Assembly (NCBI GenBank): GCA_001804285.1
Contig: MHFR01000063.1
Location: forward strand, 38,901 to 102,900
Source of the DNA: Candidatus Danuiimicrobium aquiferis
GTDB taxonomy: Bacteria > Omnitrophota > Omnitrophia > Omnitrophales > Danuiimicrobiaceae
Direction: 5' to 3'
Length of the DNA stretch: 64,000 bases
Made by a program: the position numbers and the translations under genes. A model generated the notes under the pieces. The model searched no databases and was not told the origin of the DNA. It was given only the letters and a program-made list of their open reading frames with translations. Positions 8,932 to 18,035 of this stretch are shown here, one piece after another; positions within the stretch are counted from its first letter, which is position 1; each line of letters starts with the position of its first letter.

Positions 8932-10713
8932 ATGAACCCATCGCAAATTCGAAATTTTTCAATCATTGCGCATATCGATCATGGGAAATCGACGCTCGCA
9001 GACCGTTTTCTTCTCGAGACAAACGCAATTGATTTGCGCGAATTCCACGAGCAGTTTCTGGACGACATGGATTTGGAACGTGAGCGCGGAATTACCATTA
9101 AGGCGCGCGCTGTCAGAATCTTTTATCGGGATCATTACATCAATTTAATTGATACGCCCGGCCACGTTGATTTTACGTATGAGGTGTCCAAGAGTTTAGC
9201 AGCGTGTGAAGGGGTTTTGCTTCTGGTCGATGCGGCACAAGGCGTAGAAGCTCAGACGGTGACGAATTATTACCTGGCTCGTGAGCGAAATCTAGTGATC
9301 ATTCCCGTGCTGACGAAGACAGATTTGCCCAATTCCGATGTTCCCCGGTGTAAACGCGAACTTGCCAATATGCTCACAATTGATGAATCCGAGATTCTGA
9401 CATGCAGTGCGAAAAAAGGCGAAGGAATTACAAATGCGCTGGATGCGATTATCGATCGGATTCCGCCGCCCGAAGGAAGCGCTGACAAGCCGCTCCGAGC
9501 GCTTATTTTTGATTCAAAGTATGATTCTTATAAAGGCGTCATTACTTATTTCCGTGTCATGGAAGGAACCTTGAAAGTTCACGATCAAATTTATTTGATG
9601 CAGACGAAAATAACGTATTCGGCGGACGAAATAGGTGTTTTCACGCCGAAGGAAAAACCGGTTTCTGAATTAAGTGCCGGCGAAGTCGGGTACATGGTTG
9701 CGAATATCAAAGATGTTTCTCATGTCCGAATCGGTGATACGATTACCCTTGCCGCTGTGCCGGCTGAGAAGCCGCTTCCGGGATATGAAGAGGTGAAACC
9801 AATGGTATTTTGCGGGCTTTATCCCGTTGATCCTCACGCCTATGACAGTTTGCGTGACGCGCTTGCGAAATTGAAATTAAATGACGCGTCCTTTGTTTAC
9901 GAACCCGAAACGTCTGCGTCTCTTGGGTTTGGTTTTCGCACCGGGTTTCTTGGCCTTTTGCATATGGAAATTATCCGGGAGCGGCTTGAACGGGAATTCG
10001 ATTTAAATTTGTTGATTACGGCGCCGAACGTGGTTTACCGGATTGTAAAGACGAACGGGACGGAAATGTTTATTGAAAATCCGACAAAAGTACCGAACCC
10101 GAGCCAAATTCAATCGTTTGAAGAGCCGTACATCGATGCCCGTGTGCTGATTCCTGCGGCTTCGCTTGGCGTGGTCATGGCGCTCTGTCAGGATCGGCGC
10201 GGAATTTATGTCCATACGGAATATTTGGATTCAACGCGTGCGATGCTGACGTATCAAATTCCGTTTGCGGAAATTGTGATGGATTTTTATGATAAAATCA
10301 AATCGCTCACGAGCGGATACGGTTCCTTGAATTATGAATTTATCGGATACCAATCGTCGGATTTGGTTAAAATGGATGTGTTAATCAACGGGACGCCGGT
10401 GGATGCGCTTTCTGTTATTACGGTCAGGGAAAAGGCCTATGTGCGAGGGAAAGCGTTGGTTGAGAAGTTAAAGGAAGTCATTCCGCGGCAACTTTTTGAA
10501 GTGGTCATTCAAGCGGCGATCGGAGCAAAAATTATTTCGCGCGATTCGATCCGGCCGCTCGGAAAAAATGTAACGGCCAAGTGCTACGGCGGTGATATTA
10601 CGCGAAAACGAAAGTTGTGGGAAAAACAAAAAGAAGGTAAGAAAAAAATGAAAAAAATCGGGAAGGTAGAGCTTCCTCAAGAAGCATTTATCTCCATACT
10701 AAAGGTGGAATAA
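8932..10713 (+). CDS. lepA: Elongation factor 4
   Basis: IRNFSIIAHIDHGKSTLADR, GFRTGFLGLLH, KCYGGDITRKRKL. Confidence 0.98.
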   Translation: MNPSQIRNFSIIAHIDHGKSTLADRFLLETNAIDLREFHEQFLDDMDLERERGITIKARAVRIFYRDHYINLIDTPGHVDFTYEVSKSLAACEGVLLLVDAAQGVEAQTVTNYYLARERNLVIIPVLTKTDLPNSDVPRCKRELANMLTIDESEILTCSAKKGEGITNALDAIIDRIPPPEGSADKPLRALIFDSKYDSYKGVITYFRVMEGTLKVHDQIYLMQTKITYSADEIGVFTPKEKPVSELSAGEVGYMVANIKDVSHVRIGDTITLAAVPAEKPLPGYEEVKPMVFCGLYPVDPHAYDSLRDALAKLKLNDASFVYEPETSASLGFGFRTGFLGLLHMEIIRERLEREFDLNLLITAPNVVYRIVKTNGTEMFIENPTKVPNPSQIQSFEEPYIDARVLIPAASLGVVMALCQDRRGIYVHTEYLDSTRAMLTYQIPFAEIVMDFYDKIKSLTSGYGSLNYEFIGYQSSDLVKMDVLINGTPVDALSVITVREKAYVRGKALVEKLKEVIPRQLFEVVIQAAIGAKIISRDSIRPLGKNVTAKCYGGDITRKRKLWEKQKEGKKKMKKIGKVELPQEAFISILKVE

Positions 10714-11363
10714 TGGATCGTTGGATTTTATGGGTATTGGGGGGACTGGCGGCTTTTGTTTTTTTTTGGGGCAAGATTATTTCGGAAATTAAATTGTTGC
10801 GCGCGGATTGGCGGGCATGGGGTAAACGGATGTGGAAAGAATGGGGCGAGCCATTTCTAATTGCGGCTCTGATCGCGATGACCATCCGGACGTTTATTTT
10901 TGGCCCGTATAAAATCCCGACAGGTTCGATGATCCCGACGCTTCTCGTCGGCGACCGGATTTTTGTGGATAAAATCACATATCGGTTCCGGCAGCCGAAT
11001 CGCGGAGAAATTATTGTTTTTAAATATCCAGGCGATGAGAAGAAGGATTTTATTAAACGATTGGTTGCGATGAGCGGCGATTCCGTTGAAATCCGGGACG
11101 GAGAAGCTCTCGTGAATGGTAAGCCATTAACGGAGCTTGTCGACCCGAAAGTTCCGAAAAAATATTATTACAATCGAAATGATTGGAGTTACGGCCGGGA
11201 AGGCCAGAAATTTGTTGTCCCACCAGATTCATTCTTCGTTTTAGGGGATAATAGTGCACAGTCGAGTGATAGTCGGAATTGGGGATTTGTTTCAAAACGG
11301 CATTTAATCGGCAGGGCCGTGCTGATTTGGTGGCCTTTGAAGCGAATCGGATTTTCGAATTAA
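10713..11363 (+). CDS. lepB: Signal peptidase I
   Basis: IPTGSMIPTL, DFIKR, GDNSAQSSDSRNWG; directly after lepA. Confidence 0.95.
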   Translation: MDRWILWVLGGLAAFVFFWGKIISEIKLLRADWRAWGKRMWKEWGEPFLIAALIAMTIRTFIFGPYKIPTGSMIPTLLVGDRIFVDKITYRFRQPNRGEIIVFKYPGDEKKDFIKRLVAMSGDSVEIRDGEALVNGKPLTELVDPKVPKKYYYNRNDWSYGREGQKFVVPPDSFFVLGDNSAQSSDSRNWGFVSKRHLIGRAVLIWWPLKRIGFSN

Positions 11364-11531
11364 GGGGAAATCGTTCTGATTGGGTGAAGTGATCCACGAA
11401 AGTGACAAAAAAACAGGGAATTTTTGTGTTTAGCTGTTAATTTTCTTCCGATTTAGCCGTTTATTAATGTAGATGCTTTTCATTTCGGAAGTTTATATAA
11501 GCAAAGGGTCAGAAGGGTACATATAATTTTT

Positions 11532-12179
11532 ATGGTTCAAGGCGAACTCTTTAAAGAAGAACGATTTATTGCAACGGGAAGTTCTGGGCCGAAGTCGTTT
11601 TTGTCCGAGCACCGCTTGATTTTAACGCTCGATAAGCTTGTGGTCGTTTTCCTTTCAATGGCGATCCTCACCGTGCTTACTTATTCCTACGGTGTTGAAA
11701 GCGGTAAGCGCTTTATGGAAAATAAGTTAGAGGCGATTCTGCCGGCTCACTCCAAGATTTTAATTCAACAGGAAATGAATGGAAAGAAGCCACCGGAAAA
11801 AGAAGTCGTTTTAATGGTTAATCAAAATCAAGCCGCTACTGCAGAAAACGCTTCTTCGGGAATGAACAGTGATGAAAGTTTTGGTAAAGTTCAAACAGGT
11901 CAGAAGCAAATGATCCCTCTCCAAGACGCTTCGGAAGAGCCGAAGGCTAAAGGCAAATATACGGTTCAACTCGTTACCTATACGAGTGAAAAGCGGGCTT
12001 CTGAAGAAATCAACGCTCTTAAGCAAAAGGGATTTTCCGGATTTATCATTCCCAGCGGATCCTATTTTCAAGTTTGCGCAGATTATTTTCAGAATACCGA
12101 CGAAGCCAAATCGTTTCTACGCCGCCTCAGGCAAGAAGGCCGTTATCCCGATGCCTATGTCCGCCCGGTTGCCCGTTAA
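11532..12179 (+). CDS. Membrane-anchored SPOR-domain protein
   Basis: Single TM near the N-terminus; C-terminal YTVQLVTY...YPDAYVR SPOR-like domain. Confidence 0.7.
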   Translation: MVQGELFKEERFIATGSSGPKSFLSEHRLILTLDKLVVVFLSMAILTVLTYSYGVESGKRFMENKLEAILPAHSKILIQQEMNGKKPPEKEVVLMVNQNQAATAENASSGMNSDESFGKVQTGQKQMIPLQDASEEPKAKGKYTVQLVTYTSEKRASEEINALKQKGFSGFIIPSGSYFQVCADYFQNTDEAKSFLRRLRQEGRYPDAYVRPVAR

Positions 12180-12301
12180 CCGTCTATAGTCCACATTTTC
12201 ACCCCAGATCAACAATTTCATCCGAAGGCTAATTTTTTGTAGAAAAAAATCAGAAAACCAGTATAATCCTCACACGCAAAAGAAAGGGTAGGAGTTAGGT
12301 T

Positions 12302-12586
12302 ATGTCACAACATTCAAGTCTGAAAAATGCAGAAGGCAGTCGAAAGCACCGCAACGTTTTAAAGCGCTATGAGCGCATTCGAAAGATGCAGGAAACCGAC
12401 AAATGGAATGATCGGGGTTCTATCTATAAGCTTCCTAAAATTAAAATGATTAAATTGAAAGTTAAAAAAGTAAAAGAAAAGCCTGAAGAAGCAGCTGTCC
12501 CGGGAGCTGAAGGGCAAGCGGCCGCACCGGTAGCAGCAAAACAAGCAGCAAAAGCACCGGCCGCGAAATCGGCAGCAGCGAAATAA
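12302..12586 (+). CDS. Small basic protein (TIGR04137-like PVC signature protein) with Ala/Lys-rich tail
   Basis: MSQHSSLK...HRNVLKRYERI...LPKIK pattern. Confidence 0.8.
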   Translation: MSQHSSLKNAEGSRKHRNVLKRYERIRKMQETDKWNDRGSIYKLPKIKMIKLKVKKVKEKPEEAAVPGAEGQAAAPVAAKQAAKAPAAKSAAAK

Positions 12587-12627
12587 ATAGCATTTGCACC
12601 AGTTTTAATTACTTATGAGGTGGCTCA

Positions 12628-13134
12628 TTGACGCAGAATAACAGTATCAAAATTCAGAAATGTGAAAAGCAGCACGTCGAGTCAGTGCGTTCGTTAATCG
12701 AAGGTGTTTTAAGTAAAGAGTTTCCTGCCGAACATCAAGCTTATCCGCCCAATGATTTGATGGACATTCTCGATTCTTACGGAAAATTGGGAGAAGCTTT
12801 TTTTGTTGCTCTCGATCACGGAACCGTGGTGGGGACTGTCGGCATAAAAAAAGATGATGACCGCACAGCTCTGTTGCGCCGTTTATTCGTTCTTCCGGAA
12901 TATCGCGGGAAAAAACTCGGTGAAAAGCTGGTGGAGCGGGCGATTGATTTCTGTCACGAGGTGGGTTACGATGAATTAATATTTAAAACCACTTCCACAA
13001 TGAAAAATGCAAATCGGTTGTGTGAACATGTCGGATTCTTAATGCGTGCCCGTTTGGACCTGGGGCCGATACAGTTGATGAAATATATGTTGAATCTCAA
13101 AAAGACGGCCGGGGAATTAAGCCGGAAAGGCTAA
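12628..13134 (+). CDS. GNAT family N-acetyltransferase
   Basis: LRRLFVLPEYRGKKLGEKL acetyl-CoA motif A. Confidence 0.85.
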   Translation: MTQNNSIKIQKCEKQHVESVRSLIEGVLSKEFPAEHQAYPPNDLMDILDSYGKLGEAFFVALDHGTVVGTVGIKKDDDRTALLRRLFVLPEYRGKKLGEKLVERAIDFCHEVGYDELIFKTTSTMKNANRLCEHVGFLMRARLDLGPIQLMKYMLNLKKTAGELSRKG

Positions 13135-13198
13135 TAAAAAGTCACAGGCATTAAATTTTGTTAATGAATGTGAGGCTTTTTGAGGGAAAGAGGATAAA

Positions 13199-14038
13199 TT
13201 GTCAACATTAAACGAAAAAGAAATACAGGAAAAGTTGTACGGAAAATATTTGAAAGGGACGATGCCTGTTTCCGAAAAACAGGAAAGTATTTCATTGCGT
13301 CCGACAGTTGAAAAGCCTGCTGAACCGAACGTGGTACATGTTGATTTAAACCGTGTTTGGGAAAATGCGGTTAAGGTTTTTCCGACTATTTTGCAAGAAA
13401 CAACGAAGTTTCTTCAACAGGTTCCATGGCGCTTTGTCGGTGTTCTCGCCGGGGCGGTCATTACTGCGATTGTTTTTATCCAACTCATTTCATTCACGCT
13501 TGATAAAATTAGCGGCATCTTTTCTCATGCAAAAAGTAAAAAGCAAACGGTAAGTGAAAGTACGGAATCGGCGGGATCGAAAGTTCTTTCGAGTTTCAGC
13601 CGGGCGGATTTACATAAAAAAAGTGATGCGTTAGAAAAAAAGGTGAAAAACGAACTTGAAACAAAAGCAGTTACATCAGAAGTTGTTTCGAGCCATGAAG
13701 CCAGTTTGCCCGAAAGCGATTCTGTGAATTCGGGTCTTCCGGTAACAAGCCAGACGGCGGTATCTGATGGATCGGTTGCGCGGAAACAAAAGTTTTATGC
13801 TGTTCAGATTTGTACCTATCAAAAAGAAGCTGATGCGCAAAAACTTTCCGGAGTTTTGAAAGGATTGAATTTTTCGCCGTTCTTTCGAAAAGTGGATATG
13901 CCGCAACAAGGCACGTTTTACTACGAAGTTTATTTGGGGCGGTCCGAAGATTATGTTTCTGCAAAAGCACAATTGGAAGACTTCAAGCAAACTGAATTAT
14001 TTCAGAAATTTTCCGATTCATTCATCAGGTCCCTTTAA
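13199..14038 (+). CDS. Membrane-anchored SPOR-domain protein
   Basis: TM segment, low-complexity linker, FYAVQICTY...YYEVYLG...FSDSFIR. Confidence 0.7.
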   Translation: MSTLNEKEIQEKLYGKYLKGTMPVSEKQESISLRPTVEKPAEPNVVHVDLNRVWENAVKVFPTILQETTKFLQQVPWRFVGVLAGAVITAIVFIQLISFTLDKISGIFSHAKSKKQTVSESTESAGSKVLSSFSRADLHKKSDALEKKVKNELETKAVTSEVVSSHEASLPESDSVNSGLPVTSQTAVSDGSVARKQKFYAVQICTYQKEADAQKLSGVLKGLNFSPFFRKVDMPQQGTFYYEVYLGRSEDYVSAKAQLEDFKQTELFQKFSDSFIRSL

Positions 14039-14047
14039 TTACCAGGA

Positions 14048-14407
14048 GTGTGTATTATGGCATGGATGGGGTTAAATAAACGCGAGTTTCCGCGAGTGGA
14101 TATTTCGTGTGATATTTTGATTGATGATGAAAATGAAAAACAGATCATCGCAAAAACCGAAAATTTAGGAAGCGGCGGTGTTTGTGTCCTTTTAGGGCGC
14201 CCACTCGATAAACTTTCGAACGTCGAGCTCAAGCTTTCGCTGGGGCATGACAATCTTCCGTTGACGTGTCAAGGCCGCGTGGTCTGGTTAGTCCAGAGCA
14301 GGGATCTCTCAACGCACAAAACGACATACGATACGGGTATTGAATTTACGAATATCAAAGAAGAAGACCGCGCCCGGATATCCCAGTTTATTAAGAAGTT
14401 GAAATAA
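14048..14407 (+). CDS. PilZ-domain protein
   Basis: KREFPR (RxxxR), NLGSGG, GRVVW, GIEF; start codon uncertain. Confidence 0.85.
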   Translation: MCIMAWMGLNKREFPRVDISCDILIDDENEKQIIAKTENLGSGGVCVLLGRPLDKLSNVELKLSLGHDNLPLTCQGRVVWLVQSRDLSTHKTTYDTGIEFTNIKEEDRARISQFIKKLK

Positions 14408-14408
14408 T

Positions 14409-14909
14409 ATGGCTTCCGAATTTTCCTTCGATATTGTTTCCGAGGTGAACCTCCAAGAAGTGGACAATGCCGTCAATCAGGCATTGAAAGAAATCCAGAA
14501 CCGGTTTGATTTTAAGGGCAGCAAAAGCACAATCACGCTTAATCGCGAGGAAAAGAAAATGACGCTCCTCGCGGATGACGACATGAAATTGAAAAGCTTA
14601 ACGCAGACCCTTCAGGAAAAATATGCCAAGCGCGGTATTTCAATCAAGGCGTTTAAGTACGGTGAGATTGAAAAAGCCTTGGATGGAATGCTCCGTCAAA
14701 CCATAGAAATTATACAGGGGATTCCGCAGGAAACGGCCAAAGAAATCGTGCAGATGATCAAAGGCATGAAAACGAAGGTGCAGTCGTCAATCCAAAGTGA
14801 TAAAGTTCGTGTTACGTCGAAAGATAAAGATCTTCTGCAGGAAGTGATTCACGCTGTACGGGGAGCGAAACATTTTAACGTGCCTCTCCAATTTACAAAT
14901 TACCGATAG
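14409..14909 (+). CDS. yajQ: YajQ family nucleotide (c-di-GMP)-binding protein
   Basis: SFDIVSEV..QEVDNAVNQ, RFDFKG, PLQFTNYR. Confidence 0.93.
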   Translation: MASEFSFDIVSEVNLQEVDNAVNQALKEIQNRFDFKGSKSTITLNREEKKMTLLADDDMKLKSLTQTLQEKYAKRGISIKAFKYGEIEKALDGMLRQTIEIIQGIPQETAKEIVQMIKGMKTKVQSSIQSDKVRVTSKDKDLLQEVIHAVRGAKHFNVPLQFTNYR

Positions 14910-14977
14910 CCCGACTTTCTCATCGATTTTGTGAATCGACGAGAATAACCGGGTTAGCGATGAGCAATCCGGGCTAA
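14907..14977. repeat. Short copy of the TAGCCCG...CGGGCTA element
   Basis: Both ends match the reverse complement of the ends of 52812-53004. Confidence 0.7.
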
Positions 14978-14992
14978 GGGAAAATCAAGAAT

Positions 14993-15226
14993 ATGTGGGA
15001 TCAATTCAAAGATTCTGGAAAACTGATGCAGCTTGCGAGGGATGAGAATTTCAGAAAATTTTTATCAAATCCCAAGGTGCAGGAACTCATGCAGGATGAA
15101 GAGTTTAAGAAGGCCGTTCAGGAAAAAAACATGGCAAGTTTGATGGCCAACCCTATATTTTCCGAACTGGTCCAAGATCCGGAAATGCGCTCATCTCTCG
15201 AGAAGTTTGGAAAAAATTTAAAATAG
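14993..15226 (+). CDS. Small helical protein with STI1-like DP/NP repeats
   Basis: LSNPKVQELMQDEEF, LMANPIF, VQDPEM. Confidence 0.55.
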   Translation: MWDQFKDSGKLMQLARDENFRKFLSNPKVQELMQDEEFKKAVQEKNMASLMANPIFSELVQDPEMRSSLEKFGKNLK

Positions 15227-15450
15227 TTTGTTCTTGTCTATTTTTTTCGACACGCCATTTTAATCCCAATCAAATCAAGGCTTCCCGTGCTTATTATTTT
15301 CAACAGCCAGCTGAAATGGCTGTAAAAATTTGTAAGAAGTCAAATTTTTCAATTATTTTTTGGCGTGCCCTTGCAATTTAAAAAACGTGTGTTATACTTA
15401 CTTTAAGGGTAAAAAAAGAGTCTTTAACTCCAATCAAATCAATGGGTTAA

Positions 15451-15867
15451 GTGGTTAAAACCAGCAATTTTACGGTTGAAACACGGGGTGAGTCGGAGCT
15501 CGATGATATTACTTCTTATGTGGAAAATGAGCTAAGAAAGAGCGGGCTCCGGGAAGGTTTAGCGACGATATTTGTTTCCGGTTCAACAGCCGGAATTACG
15601 ACTGTCGAGTTTGAACCGGGCTTAATAAAAGATATCAAAAGAGTCTTTGAAAAATTGGTTCCAGAAGGTGATCGTTACGCGCATAATGATACATGGCATG
15701 ACGGAAATGGACATTCGCACGTAAGATCTTCTATTCTGAAGACGTCGCTCAGCGTGCCTTTTCAAGATGCTAAATTATTGCTTGGCACGTGGCAGCAGAT
15801 TGTTTTAATAGATTTTGATAATCGCAAACGGTCAAGAAAAGTCATCGCTCAATTTATTGGGGAGTAG
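15451..15867 (+). CDS. yjbQ: YjbQ/UPF0047 family protein
   Basis: GSTAGITTVE, HDGNGHSH, LGTWQQIVLIDFD. Confidence 0.9.
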   Translation: MVKTSNFTVETRGESELDDITSYVENELRKSGLREGLATIFVSGSTAGITTVEFEPGLIKDIKRVFEKLVPEGDRYAHNDTWHDGNGHSHVRSSILKTSLSVPFQDAKLLLGTWQQIVLIDFDNRKRSRKVIAQFIGE

Positions 15868-15900
15868 AGTTAACAGATAGCTTAAGAAAGGGGGCTAAAA

Positions 15901-16293
15901 ATGGCTAACGAACGCAGGAAGTTTAAGCGGTTCGATGCGTATATGAATGTAAAACTTCGCGGCCAACAGGGGCATGAAGAGGAAGGCGCGGGGTTAAGCA
16001 AGGATTTGTCACGGGAGGGAATGAAAGTCAATACCAATCATCCTATTAAAATGGGAACGATTGTCGATCTTGAAATCGATCTTCCGGATGATCCGAAGCC
16101 GGTGCGCACGACAGCGAAAGTGATGTGGACAAAACCGACTCAGGGAGAAAAACACAGTTTCGACTATGGTGTGAATTTTCTTCTGATGGATCCGGTTGAT
16201 AAATTTCGTGTCCTAGATTATGCGTATAATTATTGGCTTGAAACCAATGTCAATGATTTCGCAGATCCGGAAGAAATTCAAAATATCGATTAA
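15901..16293 (+). CDS. PilZ-domain protein
   Basis: ERRKFKR, DLSREG, YGVNF. Confidence 0.85.
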   Translation: MANERRKFKRFDAYMNVKLRGQQGHEEEGAGLSKDLSREGMKVNTNHPIKMGTIVDLEIDLPDDPKPVRTTAKVMWTKPTQGEKHSFDYGVNFLLMDPVDKFRVLDYAYNYWLETNVNDFADPEEIQNID

Positions 16294-16433
16294 TACCGGA
16301 GGGTTGGTTGTTGAGAGCTTTAAGCCGACTCGTTTGACGTATGAGCAGGCGAAGTGTGAGTAAATTTATATCAGGGTTTAAAATAGTCAAATAACAATCT
16401 TCAACGCACAATTCCCATACCTCATCCACAGCA

Positions 16434-17918
16434 ATGGCCGGAAAATATATTCTCGCGATCGATCAGGGGACCACGGGGACAAGAGCCATCCTATATGATT
16501 CTTCAGGCCGATTGGTTGTGTCGGCCTATCAAGAACACCGACAATATTATCCAAAACCCGGTTGGGTTGAGCACGATGCCAATGAAATATTGACGCGAAC
16601 CAAAAGCGTTATTTGCACCGCTATCAAAAAATCAGGGATTTCAGCACATCGGATTCACTCGATCGGGATTACGAATCAACGGGAAACAATCGTTCTTTGG
16701 GACCGCAAATCGGGTCAACCGCTTCGGCGGGCAATCGTTTGGCAGGACCGGCGGACAGATCCAATTTGCCGGAGTTTGAAGAAAAGTAAATGGAGTTCTC
16801 GGATTTCACGGAAAACCGGTTTGCTATGTGATCCGTACTTTTCAGGAACTAAACTAAAGTGGTGGTTTACTCTTGAGCCGGAATTGAGAAAGAAGGCAAA
16901 ACGCGGAACGATCTGTTGCGGTACGATTGATAGTTGGCTGCTTTTTCATCTGACGGGCGGGCTCGTTCATGCGACCGATTTTACCAATGCTTCGCGGACG
17001 CTTTTATTCAATATCCATACGAAAAGCTGGGATGCTGAATTATGCCGCTTGATGAATACGCCTCGTCATATTTTACCACGAGTGAGGCCCTCCAATAGTA
17101 TGTTTGGCCGGACAAAAAATTTTAACGGTCTTCCCGATGGAATTCCGATTGGTGCATTAGTTGGCGATCAGCAGGCTGCGCTTTACGGCCAAGGATGCTA
17201 TCATGCAGGGCAGAGCAAAAATACGTATGGAACCGGTTGCTTTCTGCTGATGAATATCGGGAAGAAATTGGTTTTATCCCGTTCCGGACTTTTAACAACG
17301 ATTGCCTGTGACCAAGAGGGTAATCCTGTTTATGCTTTAGAGGGGGTCGTTTTCATCGCAGGGGCAGCGATTCAATGGCTGCGCGACGGGCTCAGAATTA
17401 TCAAGAGAGCAAGTGAAACCGAGGCGATAGCGCGAAAAACTAAGCAGCATGATGAAGTCGTGGTTGTGCCGGCTTTTACAGGACTGGGTGCTCCCTATTG
17501 GAAGGCCGATGCTCGCGGTGCCATTTTTGGAATTACAAGAGGGACGACACGCGAGGCCATGATTAAAGCAACCCTTCATTCCATTGCTCATCAGGTCAAA
17601 ACGGTGTTTGATCTTATGGTTCGTGAGAGCAAAACGCCTATTCGGGCGTTAAAAGTCGATGGTGGTGCGAGTCATAACGGTTATTTGATGCAATTCCAAG
17701 CGGACCTTTTAGGAATTCCGGTTGAGGTATCCAGTTTTCCGGAATCTACGGCATGGGGCGCTGCCAAGCTTGCGGGTTTAACTTCTGGGTTTTGGACGGA
17801 TGTGAGAGCGCTTGACCGAAGAACATCCTATCAAAAATTTTCACCTAAAATGGCTGCTTGCAAACGTACGGAGCTACTAAAACAGTGGGACGAAGCTATC
17901 CGAAAAATGGTTGCATAA
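16434..17918 (+). CDS. glpK: Glycerol kinase
   Basis: AIDQGTTGTR, ITNQRET, VWQDRRT, GDQQAALYGQ, KNTYGTGCF. Confidence 0.97.
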   Translation: MAGKYILAIDQGTTGTRAILYDSSGRLVVSAYQEHRQYYPKPGWVEHDANEILTRTKSVICTAIKKSGISAHRIHSIGITNQRETIVLWDRKSGQPLRRAIVWQDRRTDPICRSLKKSKWSSRISRKTGLLCDPYFSGTKLKWWFTLEPELRKKAKRGTICCGTIDSWLLFHLTGGLVHATDFTNASRTLLFNIHTKSWDAELCRLMNTPRHILPRVRPSNSMFGRTKNFNGLPDGIPIGALVGDQQAALYGQGCYHAGQSKNTYGTGCFLLMNIGKKLVLSRSGLLTTIACDQEGNPVYALEGVVFIAGAAIQWLRDGLRIIKRASETEAIARKTKQHDEVVVVPAFTGLGAPYWKADARGAIFGITRGTTREAMIKATLHSIAHQVKTVFDLMVRESKTPIRALKVDGGASHNGYLMQFQADLLGIPVEVSSFPESTAWGAAKLAGLTSGFWTDVRALDRRTSYQKFSPKMAACKRTELLKQWDEAIRKMVA

Positions 17919-18035
17919 GTTCTTTTTTGATGATTTGGTTTGATATTTCTTCCGGTTATCCCCGTAGCATTTCCAGCCGATAATATTATATCTATGGCAT
18001 TGTTCTGCAAGATGTAAAATTAAAGGGTTATATCA

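Noticed and set aside
15361-15375. TGGCGTGCCCTTGCA as a sigma-54 site
   Set aside because: GG-to-GC spacing is 9 rather than 10; TTGCAA-N16-TATACT fits a sigma-70 promoter better
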